Of a DNA stretch of 64,000 nt, positions 32,985-45,280 are shown piece after piece (the stretch's first letter is position 1; each line of letters starts with the position of its first letter). The position numbers and the translations under genes were made by a program. The notes beneath the pieces are model-generated. The model searched no databases. It had not been told where the DNA came from and worked only from the letters and a program-made list of their open reading frames with translations. The stretch comes from an uncultured Acidobacteriota bacterium (GTDB lineage Bacteria > Acidobacteriota > Thermoanaerobaculia > Gp7-AA8). The stretch lies in the NCBI GenBank assembly GCA_963741955.1, contig CAVUKB010000010.1, positions 160,001 through 224,000 of the forward strand. Reading direction: 5' to 3'.

Positions 32985-34315
32985 CGATCGGCTCCGGACC
33001 CGGGAAGCGACGGCGGAGTCGCAGTTCGATCACGCGATCCTGCGGGGATCAGCTTCAACCTCTCTCCGATCGCCGTGTCGCCGATGCGAGCCACCAGCTG
33101 TTGCAGCAGTTCGCCCCAGCCGAACCCGGCGACGATTGCGAGGGGAGGGATCAAGGGAAGAAGATATCGAGACCATGGCAGCGGAAGCCAGAGCCAGAGT
33201 GTCACGCAAATGCTGCCGCTCCAGACCGAAAGAAGCGCGAGATTGTCTCGTCGAGCCGTTCCGCCGGGCAGCCAGGCCAGGCCCGCGAGAAGAAGCCCGA
33301 AGAGGAGGAAAATCCCGGACCAGTCTCCGAAGAGGTATTCGAAAGAGAATCGCACCTTTCTCCGCATCGTGAACGGAGGATTCTTCCGGATCTCTCGCTG
33401 AAGAAGCAGGCCGAGATCCTGGATCTGCAGTTCGTATCGGTGCGCGATCCTCGACGGAAGGGACGTACGGGTACGAAACTCCGGTGGAACGCCGTCGGCA
33501 GGGTGAGCCGTCGTCCAGTAGTAAGGATTGATCGCCGTCCCGACGACCAGCGTCACCGCGAAGCTCGTCATCATCGCGACCACCAGAAGTCGATCACGTC
33601 TCCTGATCCAGAGCACGAAGAGCACTGCGACCGTAGCCACGGTAGACGTGAGTCCGGAGAGCCGGATTTGAAACGCCGCCGCGCCGACCGAGCCGGCGAC
33701 GAGTGCCAGGAGAAGCGTGATGATTCTCGATCTCCGACGATGCCACAGCAGTGCGATCGGTGCGATGGTTGCGGTGACGAAGAGCGTGAGAAGCGGATCA
33801 TAAACCGCCATCCGCGCGAACGTCACGGTCAGGAACGAAGTGGCGTAGAGCAAAGTTGCCACGATCGACGCTGCGAGACCGTGCTCCAGTAGAGAAACGT
33901 ATGCGACGAGAGCCGCGATCAACGCCGTGGCGATCAGAGAGACCCATCGGTCGGCGATCAGGGTCGGCCTCAATTCGTCCCCCCAGGGCGGACGCAATCG
34001 CTGGCCAAGGTCTCCCTCCGGCTTCTCGACTCTGATCCCGAGAGTGGGTGGAATCGGGGATCCCGAGGCGAGAGCGGCGAATCCGAACAGGTACTTCCCG
34101 GCCGGTGGATTCGTCCGGTCGACGATGTGACGCAGCCAGGCAGGGTCATGGAGCTTCCCCTCGAGTACGAGTCGCAGGAAGTACGTGTCCGCAACCTTGT
34201 GAGCCTCGTCGACTCCATAGTCATCCCAATGACCTTCACCGGGGACGAGTGCGAAGAGCGTCGCGACGAAGACCAGGATCGCGATCACCACTCCGAACAG
34301 ACGTTTTCTGGACAC
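32981..34315 (-). CDS. PMT/GT39-like GT-C glycosyltransferase
   Basis: DE after TM1 (GVDEAH), NPPAGKYLFG resembling the PMT HPPLxK motif, RYLLPLIP; polytopic. Confidence 0.72.
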   Translation of the reverse strand: MSRKRLFGVVIAILVFVATLFALVPGEGHWDDYGVDEAHKVADTYFLRLVLEGKLHDPAWLRHIVDRTNPPAGKYLFGFAALASGSPIPPTLGIRVEKPEGDLGQRLRPPWGDELRPTLIADRWVSLIATALIAALVAYVSLLEHGLAASIVATLLYATSFLTVTFARMAVYDPLLTLFVTATIAPIALLWHRRRSRIITLLLALVAGSVGAAAFQIRLSGLTSTVATVAVLFVLWIRRRDRLLVVAMMTSFAVTLVVGTAINPYYWTTAHPADGVPPEFRTRTSLPSRIAHRYELQIQDLGLLLQREIRKNPPFTMRRKVRFSFEYLFGDWSGIFLLFGLLLAGLAWLPGGTARRDNLALLSVWSGSICVTLWLWLPLPWSRYLLPLIPPLAIVAGFGWGELLQQLVARIGDTAIGERLKLIPAGSRDRTATPPSLPGSGADR

Positions 34316-34414
34316 GGGCGAATCTTAGCGCAGCGCCGGTGCGAACGTCATTGAGGGAGGGTTCTGCCGATCCGCAGGCCGCGATCAGTTTGTTTCGATT
34401 TAGAATGTCCGCTC

Positions 34415-36193
34415 ATGACTCCGGAAGACGTTCGAAGGCAAGCGGTCCCCGCACCCCTCGCTCGTACCGACCACCAGGCAGACCTCACGCAGCCAACTCG
34501 AGCCCAGATGTGGCGCGAAAGGGCGGGGCTGTTCGCTATTTTCGGCCTGTCGATGGCGGTGGTGGACCCGAGGGGCAGCTTCCCGCTCTGCGACGACTGG
34601 AACTTCGCGCTGGCGACGTGGCATTTCGCCCGGACGGGATCCTTCGTCTTCTCGCGATACACCGCCATGAGCCTCAGGGCGCAGGCCGTCTGGGGTGCGG
34701 TCTGGACCCTTCTCTTCGGACAGTCCTACGAAGTCCTTCGCTTCTCGACACTGGTGCTCTCGTTCGGGTGTGTTCTCCTTGCCCATGGTCTGTTGCGTCG
34801 CCTGGGGGTTGGGCCGACCGGCCGCATCATCGGCGCTCTCGTGTTCCTTTTCCATCCGATCTTCTTCTGGGCTTCGTACACATACATGACCCACATTCCC
34901 TTCCTTTTCGCGGCACTCCTTGGTGTTTACCTCTTCTACCGGGGGATGACCGAGGATCGCGTCGGTTTCATGATCGGTGGAGGGGTAGCAGTCATGGCGG
35001 CCTACTTCGTTCGTCAGACCGGAGTCGCCGTGGCCGTACCGGCCGTGCTGATGCTGCTCTGGCAGCGCGACCGCCTGGCCCGGAGATGGAAAATCCTCCT
35101 CGTTGGTCCCGTACTCTCGATCGTCGTCTTCGGGCCGCTGTTCCTCTTCACCGATCTTCTCAGCGGGTACCCGCACCAGATCGACATCCATATTCAGGTC
35201 TGGAATCAGGGGCTGCTCCATTCGGTCATCGTTGCTTTTTCCAACGCGATTCACTACACCGCGGTGAGCTTTCAGTATTCGACCCTTTTCGTACTTCCCC
35301 TCACCGTGCTCGTGATCGGACGCGGCCGGATCAATCGGAAGTCGGTTCTGTGGCTTGCGCTCCTCGTGATTCCGTTCCTCTGGGTCGCTTCGGGCCTCGT
35401 CGGAGCCAGGGCCGCCATCCCATGGCCGGGATTGGGCAGCGTTTTCACCAATCTCGGGCTCGGCCCGATGACGCTTCGAGATGTCTGGATCCTCGGGCTT
35501 CCTTACCCGATCCATCTCGGCTATCCCGCCCGCATCGCGGTCACGTACGTCACTGCCGTCGCCGGGACGTTCATGGTGTATCGCCTCGGGAGAGCATTCG
35601 GTCGAGCCTCGTTCGGATTTCAACTCCTGACGCTGCAGTGTGTTCTGGGTCTGGCGGCTCTGGTCCCTTCCGACATCTACTTCGACCGTTACGTCCTCGA
35701 CTCGCTCTGGCCTCTTCCGTTTCTTCTGGTCCTCATCATTCCGCTTGAACGTACACTTGCGAAGGCCATTGCGACGAGTCTCCTCACACTCGTGGCATTC
35801 TTCTCCATCGCGGCCACCCACGACTATCTCGCCTGGAATCGGGCGAGATGGCAGGCGTTTGACCGGCTGCAGTCGGAGGGGGTGACCCTGGCACAGCTGG
35901 AGGGGGGGTACGAGATCAATCAGTACCTGCTGGGCGGGTTCAACGGGACGTGGGACTCGGCAATCGTCGATGACGAGTACATCCTCGCCTTCAATCCCGT
36001 TGAAGGTTATCGAATCGTGTTCGGTGTCCCCTACCGGCGGCTTCTGGGCGGCGGAATGGGAGTAGTTCTGGCCGAGAGAAGGATTGGTCCTTCCCCCCGG
36101 GCCCCTCTCGACGTCAAACGGAAATGGCTGGAGAGCGGGAGACGGGCCGCCGATCCGAACCTGGGCGGAGTGGCTCGGTCGCCATCGGAATAA
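34415..36193 (+). CDS. ArnT/GT39-like GT-C glycosyltransferase
   Basis: FPLCDDWNF loop after TM1, YMTHIPF, RQ, FDRY; about 12 TM segments; start uncertain. Confidence 0.78.
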   Translation: MTPEDVRRQAVPAPLARTDHQADLTQPTRAQMWRERAGLFAIFGLSMAVVDPRGSFPLCDDWNFALATWHFARTGSFVFSRYTAMSLRAQAVWGAVWTLLFGQSYEVLRFSTLVLSFGCVLLAHGLLRRLGVGPTGRIIGALVFLFHPIFFWASYTYMTHIPFLFAALLGVYLFYRGMTEDRVGFMIGGGVAVMAAYFVRQTGVAVAVPAVLMLLWQRDRLARRWKILLVGPVLSIVVFGPLFLFTDLLSGYPHQIDIHIQVWNQGLLHSVIVAFSNAIHYTAVSFQYSTLFVLPLTVLVIGRGRINRKSVLWLALLVIPFLWVASGLVGARAAIPWPGLGSVFTNLGLGPMTLRDVWILGLPYPIHLGYPARIAVTYVTAVAGTFMVYRLGRAFGRASFGFQLLTLQCVLGLAALVPSDIYFDRYVLDSLWPLPFLLVLIIPLERTLAKAIATSLLTLVAFFSIAATHDYLAWNRARWQAFDRLQSEGVTLAQLEGGYEINQYLLGGFNGTWDSAIVDDEYILAFNPVEGYRIVFGVPYRRLLGGGMGVVLAERRIGPSPRAPLDVKRKWLESGRRAADPNLGGVARSPSE

Positions 36194-36229
36194 CCCCCCG
36201 GAACCCCCTGTTGAGCGCGTGGCAAGGGC

Positions 36230-36258
36230 TTGACAAAGGTCAGGTCCAAGGGTAGAGT
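36230..36258 (+). promoter_or_regulatory. Sigma-70 promoter of the str operon
   Basis: TTGACA, 17-nt spacer, TAGAGT. Confidence 0.8.
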
Positions 36259-36322
36259 GCGCCGGTTTCCCCCAAGCGGGGATTTTCTGGCCGTTTGTTC
36301 GAGAAACAGAGGAAAACCAGGA

Positions 36323-36697
36323 ATGCCAACGATAAACCAGCTCGTGGCACGAGGCCGCGAGACACTCAACCAGAAGACGAAGTCACCGGCTCTTCAGTCG
36401 AGCCCGCAGCGCCGCGGAGTCTGCACGCGCGTGTACACGACGACCCCGAAGAAGCCGAACTCGGCTCTCCGGAAAGTTGCTCGCGTCCGGCTCACGAACG
36501 GAATCGAAGTCACGACATACATCCCGGGCGTCGGGCACAACCTCCAGGAGCACTCGATCGTGCTGATCCGCGGAGGCCGTGTGAAGGACCTCCCGGGAGT
36601 GCGATACCACGTGATCCGTGGCACTCTGGACGCGGTCGGCGTAGCGAGCCGCAAGCAGGGGCGAAGCAAGTACGGTGCGAAACGGCCCAAGGCCTGA
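36323..36697 (+). CDS. rpsL: 30S ribosomal protein S12
   Basis: [22 protein letters not shown]. Confidence 0.99.
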   Translation: MPTINQLVARGRETLNQKTKSPALQSSPQRRGVCTRVYTTTPKKPNSALRKVARVRLTNGIEVTTYIPGVGHNLQEHSIVLIRGGRVKDLPGVRYHVIRGTLDAVGVASRKQGRSKYGAKRPKA

Positions 36698-36719
36698 TTC
36701 GAAGGAAATCTGAGATCCC

Positions 36720-37190
36720 ATGCCGAGAAGACGTGAAATTCCGAAGCGAGAAGTTCTGCCTGATCCGCTGTACAACAGCCAGCTGGTGACGAAGTTCATC
36801 AACGTGCTGATGATCCAGGGGAAGAAATCGACTGCCGAACGGATTTTCTATGGAGCCCTGCGGAAGGTCGAGCAGCGCGCGAATGACGACGCGCTCAAGG
36901 TCTTCAAGCGGGCTGTGGAGAACGTGAAGCCGACGCTCGAGGTCAAGAGCCGCCGCGTGGGCGGTTCGAATTACCAGGTGCCGATCGAAGTCCGTCCGTC
37001 GCGACGGAATTCGCTCGCCATCCGCTGGCTGATCGCATTCGCGAAGAGCCGCGGCGAGAAGACGATGCAGGACAAGCTTGCGGGCGAACTGCTCGATGCG
37101 GCGAACAATCGCGGAAACGCGATCAAGAAGAAGGAAGACACGCACCGGATGGCCGAAGCCAATAAGGCTTTCGCTCATTACCGGTGGTAG
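36720..37190 (+). CDS. rpsG: 30S ribosomal protein S7
   Basis: [24 protein letters not shown]. Confidence 0.99.
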   Translation: MPRRREIPKREVLPDPLYNSQLVTKFINVLMIQGKKSTAERIFYGALRKVEQRANDDALKVFKRAVENVKPTLEVKSRRVGGSNYQVPIEVRPSRRNSLAIRWLIAFAKSRGEKTMQDKLAGELLDAANNRGNAIKKKEDTHRMAEANKAFAHYRW

Positions 37191-37498
37191 TTGATGTGGC
37201 GGTCGCGCCTCCGAGCGGGACCGTTCGGAGCGCAGCGGCGCTCCACCGAAGTTGAAACCCCACCCGTAGCTCCGTCTCGGATCGGATAACACGGGGCCCT
37301 GGCCCCGCGGTTCCGGAACCGAGCAACGGGAAAATGAAGTGAACTCAAGAGGAATTCGCCCGGCGGGTATCGTGCGTCGGGCGGCGACGTCCGGCGCATG
37401 CGCCGGACGGTTCGTGGTGCGGCTCTCTCGCGGCCGTCGGCCCCCTGGTCGGCAGCCGGAAGCGTGCCGCTCCTGGATGTGGTTCGAGGAAAACGTAC

Positions 37499-39577
37499 AT
37501 GGCCCGTTTGGTACCGCTCGAGAAGCAAAGAAACATCGGAATCATGGCTCACATCGACGCCGGTAAGACGACGACGACCGAGCGGATTCTCTATTACACC
37601 GGCATCACCCATAAGATCGGTGAGGTCCACGACGGAACTGCGACCATGGACTGGATGGTTCAGGAGCAGGAGCGCGGTATCACCATCACGTCGGCGGCGA
37701 CCACGGCATTTTGGGGCGAGTACCGCATCAACATCATCGACACGCCCGGCCACGTCGATTTCACGGCCGAGGTCGAGCGTTCTCTCCGTGTCCTCGACGG
37801 CGCTGTCGCCGTTTTCTGTGCCGTAGGTGGAGTCGAGCCGCAGTCCGAGACGGTCTGGCGTCAGGCTGACCGCTACGGAGTTCCCCGCATCGCCTTCATC
37901 AACAAGATGGACCGCGTGGGCGCGAACTTCGAATCGGGAGTGAACCAGATCCGCACCAAGCTGGGCGCCAACCCCGTACCGATCCAGTACCCGATCGGGG
38001 CAGAAGACACATTCAAGGGCGTGATCGACCTGGTCCGGATGAAGGCGCTCCTCTTCCACGACGAGACCCTCGGGTCGAAGTACGACATCGACGAGATTCC
38101 GGCCGACCTCCGCGAGCAAGCGGAGCACTTTCGCGAGAAGATGCTCGAGGCCGTCGCGGAACAGCACGACGAGCTTCTCGAGAAATATCTCAGCGGTGAG
38201 ACGATCGAAGAGCACGAGATCAAGCGTGCCCTGCGCGAAGCCACCATCTCCAACAGGATCACTCCCGTCCTCTGTGGGACGGCATTCAAGAACAAGGGGG
38301 TCCAGCCGCTGCTCGACGCGGTGGTGGACTACTGCCCGTCGCCGATGGACATTCCTCCGATTCAGGGGACGGACCCCGACACGGAGGAGCCCGACGAACG
38401 GAAAGCGAGCGACGAGGATCCGTTCTCCGCGCTCGTGTTCAAGATCATGACCGATCCCTTCGTGGGCCAGCTCGCGTTTTTCCGCGTCTACTCGGGCCAC
38501 ATCGAGTCGGGAACGGCGGTCTTCAATTCGACCAAGGGAACGACCGAGCGGATCGGGCGACTTCTGAAGATGCACGCGAACAAGCGTGAAGAGATCAAGG
38601 AAGTATGGGCCGGCGACATTGCGGCCGCGGTCGGACTGAAGAACGTCATCACCGGCGACACCATCTGCGACAAGCAGAAGCCGATCCTCCTGATGTCGAT
38701 GAACTTTCCGGAGCCGGTCATCGCGGTCGCCATCGAGCCGAAGACCAAAGCGGACCAGGAAAAGATGGGCATGGCGCTCGCCAAGCTCATGCAGGAAGAT
38801 CCGACTTTCAAGGTCCACACCGATCCGGAGACCAACCAGACCATCATCCGCGGAATGGGCGAGCTCCATCTGGAGATCATCGTCGACCGCATGGTTCGGG
38901 AATTCAACGTCGCGGCGAACGTCGGGAAGCCGCAGGTCGCATACCGCGAAGCGATCACCCGCCACTCGGAGGCCGAAGGGAAGTTCGTCCGGCAGTCCGG
39001 CGGTAAGGGTCAGTACGGACACGTGAAGATGCGGTTCGAGCCGCTCAAGGACGGCAAGGACTTCGAGTTCGTCAACGACATCGTCGGCGGCTCGGTTCCG
39101 CGCGAATTCATCAAGCCGGTGGAGCAGGGCATCCGCGAGGCCATGGAAAAAGGAATCCTCGCCGGGTATCCGATGACCGGAATCCGGGCCACGCTGTACG
39201 ACGGTTCCTACCACGACGTCGACTCCTCGGAGATGGCGTTCAAGATCGCCGGCTCGATGGCGTACCAGGAAGGGGCGAAGCGCGCCCATCCGATTCTTCT
39301 CGAGCCGATCATGGACGTCGAGGTGGTCACGCCGGAGGAATTCGCTGGCGACATCATGGGCGACCTGAGCCGCCGGCGCGGAAAGATCCAGCAGATGGAG
39401 GACCGCGGCGGAGCGAAAGCGATCCGGGCCATGGTGCCACTCTCGGAGATGTTCGGGTATGCGACCCAGCTCCGGTCGAACAGCCAGGGCCGCGCGAGCT
39501 ACACCATGCAGTTCCATGCCTACGAGCCGGCGCCGAAGACGGTCGCCGAAGAGGTGATCGCGAAGGTCGCGGGATGA
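37499..39577 (+). CDS. fusA: Elongation factor G
   Basis: [32 protein letters not shown]. Confidence 0.99.
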   Translation: MARLVPLEKQRNIGIMAHIDAGKTTTTERILYYTGITHKIGEVHDGTATMDWMVQEQERGITITSAATTAFWGEYRINIIDTPGHVDFTAEVERSLRVLDGAVAVFCAVGGVEPQSETVWRQADRYGVPRIAFINKMDRVGANFESGVNQIRTKLGANPVPIQYPIGAEDTFKGVIDLVRMKALLFHDETLGSKYDIDEIPADLREQAEHFREKMLEAVAEQHDELLEKYLSGETIEEHEIKRALREATISNRITPVLCGTAFKNKGVQPLLDAVVDYCPSPMDIPPIQGTDPDTEEPDERKASDEDPFSALVFKIMTDPFVGQLAFFRVYSGHIESGTAVFNSTKGTTERIGRLLKMHANKREEIKEVWAGDIAAAVGLKNVITGDTICDKQKPILLMSMNFPEPVIAVAIEPKTKADQEKMGMALAKLMQEDPTFKVHTDPETNQTIIRGMGELHLEIIVDRMVREFNVAANVGKPQVAYREAITRHSEAEGKFVRQSGGKGQYGHVKMRFEPLKDGKDFEFVNDIVGGSVPREFIKPVEQGIREAMEKGILAGYPMTGIRATLYDGSYHDVDSSEMAFKIAGSMAYQEGAKRAHPILLEPIMDVEVVTPEEFAGDIMGDLSRRRGKIQQMEDRGGAKAIRAMVPLSEMFGYATQLRSNSQGRASYTMQFHAYEPAPKTVAEEVIAKVAG

Positions 39578-39714
39578 CGCTGGGAGCGCATTCCGGACCG
39601 GCGAGATATTTACGAAAGAGCTGAATATCGGGTTCGAACGGGAATCCGAAAGAAACGAAATCAAGAGAGACGCGAGTCGCGAAAAGCGAACAGCCAACAG
39701 GAGGTAGCGCTCAA

Positions 39715-40908
<1,194 letters not shown>

Positions 40909-40920
40909 ATCGAACCCGAT

Positions 40921-40948
40921 GAGAGGGACGCCCGGTGGCGTCCCTCTC
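40921..40948 (+). promoter_or_regulatory. 12-bp hairpin between tuf and rpsJ
   Basis: GAGAGGGACGCC-cggt-GGCGTCCCTCTC; no U tract. Confidence 0.5.
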
Positions 40949-40994
40949 CGTTCGACGAGCAGCAACGCGGCAGCTTGACCATGAAGGTTGGTGC

Positions 40995-41312
40995 ATGATG
41001 AATGAAAAGATCCGGATCAGATTGAAAGCTTACGACTATCGCGTCCTGGACCAGTCGACCTCGGAGATCGTCGACACGGCCAAGCGTACGGGCGCGAAAG
41101 TCGCTGGCCCGATTCCGCTGCCGACGCAGGTGTCACGTTACACGGTTCTGCGAAGCCCGCACGTGGACAAGAAGTCGCGTGAGCAGTTCGAAATGCGGAC
41201 GCACAAGAGGCTGGTCGATATTCTCGAGCCGACGACCCAGACGGTCGACGCGCTGATGAAGCTCGAACTCCCTGCCGGCGTCGACGTCGAGATCAAGGCA
41301 TTCGGAAAGTAG
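40995..41312 (+). CDS. rpsJ: 30S ribosomal protein S10
   Basis: [22 protein letters not shown]. Confidence 0.99.
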   Translation: MMNEKIRIRLKAYDYRVLDQSTSEIVDTAKRTGAKVAGPIPLPTQVSRYTVLRSPHVDKKSREQFEMRTHKRLVDILEPTTQTVDALMKLELPAGVDVEIKAFGK

Positions 41313-41392
41313 TCTCGACGCGCGGCCCGGGAGCAGGGCCCTGATCTGCTCACAAAGGATGCGGTCCGCCGCGTCCCGTGAAGGTGAACGAA

Positions 41393-42031
41393 ATGATTGA
41401 AGGACTGATTGGCAGGAAAGTCGGGATGACCCAGATCTTCGCAGAAGACGGGTCCATCGTCCCGGTGACCGTGGTTCAGGCGGGACCCTGTCTCGTCGTG
41501 CAGAAGAAGACCTCGGAGCGCGACGGTTATGACGCCGTCCAGCTCGGACTGGTCGAGAAGGTGTCGAACCGGCGCATGAACGCGCCGCTTCGAGGGCACC
41601 TCGAGAAGGCGGGAGCGCCGGCGACCCGGACCCTGGTGGAATTCGACTATGAAGGCGACGCCAACGTGGGCGATCGCATTCAGGTGGACATCTTCCAGCC
41701 CGGCGATTCGATCGACGTGATCGGGCGCTCGAAGGGTAAAGGGTTCCAGGGCGTGATGAAGCGGCACGGATTCGGCGGAGGCCGCGCGACCCATGGTTCG
41801 ATGTTCCACCGCGCCCCCGGCTCCATCGGTGCCTCGGCCTATCCCTCCCGGGTCATGAAGGGAATGCGCATGGGCGGCCGCATGGGTGGTGCGCAGGTCA
41901 CGGTGAAGAACCTTCGGGTCACCAAGATCGATCCGGAGAACAACCTGATCTACATCCGGGGAGCGATTCCGGGCGGCCGAAACGCGCTGGTCGTGATTCG
42001 CCGCTCCGGCAACGGAAGGCAGGGTGAGTGA
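41393..42031 (+). CDS. rplC: 50S ribosomal protein L3
   Basis: [18 protein letters not shown]. Confidence 0.99.
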   Translation: MIEGLIGRKVGMTQIFAEDGSIVPVTVVQAGPCLVVQKKTSERDGYDAVQLGLVEKVSNRRMNAPLRGHLEKAGAPATRTLVEFDYEGDANVGDRIQVDIFQPGDSIDVIGRSKGKGFQGVMKRHGFGGGRATHGSMFHRAPGSIGASAYPSRVMKGMRMGGRMGGAQVTVKNLRVTKIDPENNLIYIRGAIPGGRNALVVIRRSGNGRQGE

Positions 42032-42033
42032 TC

Positions 42034-42660
42034 ATGCCGACGATTGAAATCAAAGATCTGACGAACAAGACGGTCGGTTCGATCGAGCTCCCCGACGAGC
42101 TCTTCGGGTATCCCTACAAGGAGCATCTCGTCCACGAAGCGGTGAGGAACTACCTCGCCGGAATCCGTGCCGGGACTCACAAGGTGAAGAACCGCTCGGA
42201 AGTGTCCGGCTCGGGCAAGAAGCCTTACCGGCAGAAGGGAACCGGCCGCGCCCGTCAGGGTGGAAACCGTCCTCCGATCCACCGCCACGGCGGAACGGTC
42301 TTCGGGCCGGTGCCTCGCGACTATTCGTACAAGATGAACGTCCGCGAGAAGAAGAACGCCCTCAAGTCGGCCCTCTCTTCGAAGCTTCGCGACGGACGGA
42401 TCGTGCTGGTGGATCAGCTCAGCCTCGAAGAGCCGAAGACCCGCGCACTGGTCGAGACGTTCGGCCGGATGGGCGTCGACGGCAAGACGCTGATCGTCGA
42501 TTCGCTCGAGAACGTGAACGTGACCCTCGCCTCGAGGAACAACCCGAAGCTGCGGATGGTGGATCCGCTCAACGTGAACGTGTACGACGTGGTCAACAGT
42601 CAGTTCGTCGTGTTCACCCAGTCGTCTCTGCAGCGGCTCACGGAGGTGCTCGGATCATGA
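42034..42660 (+). CDS. rplD: 50S ribosomal protein L4
   Basis: KPYRQKGTGRAR, GGTVFGP. Confidence 0.99.
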   Translation: MPTIEIKDLTNKTVGSIELPDELFGYPYKEHLVHEAVRNYLAGIRAGTHKVKNRSEVSGSGKKPYRQKGTGRARQGGNRPPIHRHGGTVFGPVPRDYSYKMNVREKKNALKSALSSKLRDGRIVLVDQLSLEEPKTRALVETFGRMGVDGKTLIVDSLENVNVTLASRNNPKLRMVDPLNVNVYDVVNSQFVVFTQSSLQRLTEVLGS

Positions 42661-42950
42661 ACAGCCATGAAATCATCCGCCGCCCGCTGGTGACGGAAAA
42701 GACCACCATGATCCGGGAGAAGGATCAGAACGTCATCGTGTTCGAAGTGGACGTCCGCGCCAACAAGATCGACGTGAGGCGCGCCGTCGAAGAGCTTTTC
42801 AAGGTCAAAGTCGAAGACGTCCGGCTGTTCAACGTCCGCGGAAAGATGAAGCGGATGGGCCGGAACGTCGGGAAGCGCCGTGACTGGCGGAAAGCCTACG
42901 TCACGCTCGGAGCGGGAGAGAAAGCCCCCGATTTCTTCGAAGGCGTGTAA
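42657..42950 (+). CDS. rplW: 50S ribosomal protein L23
   Basis: PLVTEK, ANKIDV, KAYVTL. Confidence 0.98.
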   Translation: MNSHEIIRRPLVTEKTTMIREKDQNVIVFEVDVRANKIDVRRAVEELFKVKVEDVRLFNVRGKMKRMGRNVGKRRDWRKAYVTLGAGEKAPDFFEGV

Positions 42951-42980
42951 TCCAATCAGGCGAAAAACGAAGAGGACATT

Positions 42981-43808
42981 ATGCCTGTCAAGAATTACAA
43001 ACCGACTTCCCCGGGCATCCGGTACGTCACGCATCAGTCGTTCGATGAGCTGACGAAGACCACGCCCGAGAAGTCGCTCACCAAAGGGAAGATGAAGACC
43101 GGCGGCCGGAACAGCGCCGGCCGGATCACCTCGCGATTCATCGGCGGGGGCCACAAGCAGCGTTACCGGCAGATCGACTTCCGGCGCGAGAAGCATGGCG
43201 TGCCGGGTAAAGTCGCCGCGATCGAATACGATCCGAACCGGAGCGCGAACATCGCCCTGATCCATTACCTCGACGGCGAGAAGCGCTACATCCTCGCTCC
43301 GAACGGTCTGACCGTCGGCCAGCAGATTCTCGCCGGCCCCGAAGCGGACATCCTGGTCGGCAACGCCCTTCCGCTGTCGAATATCCCGGTCGGTACCACG
43401 GTTCACAACATCGAGCTGAAGGAAGGAAAGGGCGGTCAGCTCGCCCGATCCGCCGGCGCGATGGCGCAGCTGATGGCGCGTGAGGACGAGTGGGCGCTGC
43501 TGCGGCTTCCTTCGGGCGAGATCCGCAAAGTGCACGTCCGCTGTTACGCGACGATCGGACAGGTGGGTAATCTCGAACACGAGAACGTCTCGATCGGTAA
43601 GGCGGGGCGGACCCGGCACCTCGGCAAGCGGCCTCACAACCGCGGCGTCTCGATGAACCCGGTCGATCATCCGCTCGGCGGAGGTGAAGGTAAGACCTCC
43701 GGTGGCCGCCATCCGGTGACCCCGTGGGGTAAGCCCACCAAGGGTTACAAGACGCGCAAGAACAAACAGACGACGAAGTTCATCGTCAAGCGCAGGGGCA
43801 AGAAGTAA
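42981..43808 (+). CDS. rplB: 50S ribosomal protein L2
   Basis: [21 protein letters not shown]. Confidence 0.99.
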   Translation: MPVKNYKPTSPGIRYVTHQSFDELTKTTPEKSLTKGKMKTGGRNSAGRITSRFIGGGHKQRYRQIDFRREKHGVPGKVAAIEYDPNRSANIALIHYLDGEKRYILAPNGLTVGQQILAGPEADILVGNALPLSNIPVGTTVHNIELKEGKGGQLARSAGAMAQLMAREDEWALLRLPSGEIRKVHVRCYATIGQVGNLEHENVSIGKAGRTRHLGKRPHNRGVSMNPVDHPLGGGEGKTSGGRHPVTPWGKPTKGYKTRKNKQTTKFIVKRRGKK

Positions 43809-43829
43809 GAGAGGACGGAGAAACAGGCT

Positions 43830-44117
43830 ATGGCACGTTCCATCAAAAAAGGTCCGTTCATCGATGACCACCTCACTCGCAAGGTCGAAGAGATGAATCG
43901 GCAGCGTGAAAAGAAGGTCATCAAGACCTGGTCCCGTCGCTCGACGATCATTCCGGACATGGTCGGCCACACCATCGCGGTGCACAACGGCAGGAAGTTC
44001 ATCCCGGTGTACATCGCGGAGAACATGGTCGGACACAAGCTCGGGGAGTTCGCCCTGACCCGCACGTTCAAAGGACACAGCGGGAAGAAGGCCGAGAAAT
44101 CGGCCAGGCCGCGGTAA
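43830..44117 (+). CDS. rpsS: 30S ribosomal protein S19
   Basis: [17 protein letters not shown]. Confidence 0.99.
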   Translation: MARSIKKGPFIDDHLTRKVEEMNRQREKKVIKTWSRRSTIIPDMVGHTIAVHNGRKFIPVYIAENMVGHKLGEFALTRTFKGHSGKKAEKSARPR

Positions 44118-44150
44118 CCGGACGAAGCGCCACTACAGGAGAATCACGAA

Positions 44151-44543
44151 ATGGAAGCGAAAGCACAACTTCGATACCTGGGCGCGTCGCCGCAGAAGGT
44201 GCGGCTCGTGGTCGACATGGTTCGGGGGCGGAAGGTCGAGGAAGCGATCGAGATCCTCCGCTTCACCCCCAAGAGCTGCGCGCGCGATCTGGAGAAGCTT
44301 CTCCGTTCCGCGGTCGCCAACGCCGAGAACTCCGAGAGCGGGGTCGACGTCGACGAGCTGGTCGTTTCGAAGATCTACGTGAATGAAGGGCCGCGCGAGA
44401 AACGCATCCAACCGGCGCCAATGGGTCGCGCTTTCCGGGTGCTCAAGCGCAAATCGCACGTGACGGTGCATCTGTCGGACGAAGTGACTCCGATCGGAGC
44501 GCGTAAAGAAGGCGGCCGCAAGAGCAGCCGGGCGAAGAAATAA
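44151..44543 (+). CDS. rplV: 50S ribosomal protein L22
   Basis: [20 protein letters not shown]. Confidence 0.98.
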   Translation: MEAKAQLRYLGASPQKVRLVVDMVRGRKVEEAIEILRFTPKSCARDLEKLLRSAVANAENSESGVDVDELVVSKIYVNEGPREKRIQPAPMGRAFRVLKRKSHVTVHLSDEVTPIGARKEGGRKSSRAKK

Positions 44544-44554
44544 CGGAGGCTACG

Positions 44555-45205
44555 TTGGGTCAGAAGGTTCACCCTTACGGGTTCAGGCTGGGGTTCAACA
44601 AGACTTGGCACTCGCGCTGGTTCGCGGGACGTCAGTACGCGGACACGCTGCATCGTGATCTGAAGCTTCGGACCGATCTGAAGGCGCGGCTCTCTCATGC
44701 CGGTGTCTCCGAGATCGACATCGAGCGCACCGCGAACAAGATGCGGATCAACATCTACACCTCCCGGCCGGGAATCATCATCGGTCGAAAAGGTGCGGAA
44801 GTGGACAAACTCCGGGACGAGCTCCAGAAGATGGTCAACGGAGAGGTCTACATCAACATTCAGGAGATCCAGCGTCCGGAGCTCGACGCGCAGCTGGTGG
44901 CCGAGAACATCGCCTCCCAGCTCCAGCGCCGGGTGGCCTTCCGTCGCGCGATGAAAAAAGGGATGGAGAGCGCTCTCCGTTTCGGAGCGAAAGGCGTGAA
45001 GATCCGTGTCAGCGGACGGCTCAACGGAGCCGAGATCGCCCGATCCGAGTGGTATCAGGAGGGGCGGCTTCCGCTCCACACGCTCAAGGCGGACATCGAC
45101 TACGGCGAGTTCACCGCGCGTACCACGTACGGAGCGATCGGAGTGAAGGTCTGGACGTACAAAGGCGAGATGGCCAAGGCCAAGAGCCGAAAGCGCCCGG
45201 TGTGA
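44555..45205 (+). CDS. rpsC: 30S ribosomal protein S3
   Basis: [23 protein letters not shown]; TTG start. Confidence 0.99.
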   Translation: MGQKVHPYGFRLGFNKTWHSRWFAGRQYADTLHRDLKLRTDLKARLSHAGVSEIDIERTANKMRINIYTSRPGIIIGRKGAEVDKLRDELQKMVNGEVYINIQEIQRPELDAQLVAENIASQLQRRVAFRRAMKKGMESALRFGAKGVKIRVSGRLNGAEIARSEWYQEGRLPLHTLKADIDYGEFTARTTYGAIGVKVWTYKGEMAKAKSRKRPV

Positions 45206-45280
45206 GGAATCGTACAAATCGGAATCGGTGACGGTCCCGGCCTCTGAGTCGACGGTCACGGTTCCGCAGGAGATTGCATC

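Noticed and set aside
30259-36229. Glycosylation block as an active integrative element
   Set aside because: No integrase, transposase, tRNA target or convincing flanking direct repeat seen.
36323-36697. Streptomycin-resistance alleles in rpsL
   Set aside because: PKKPNS and RVKDLPG motifs are the usual sensitive sequences.
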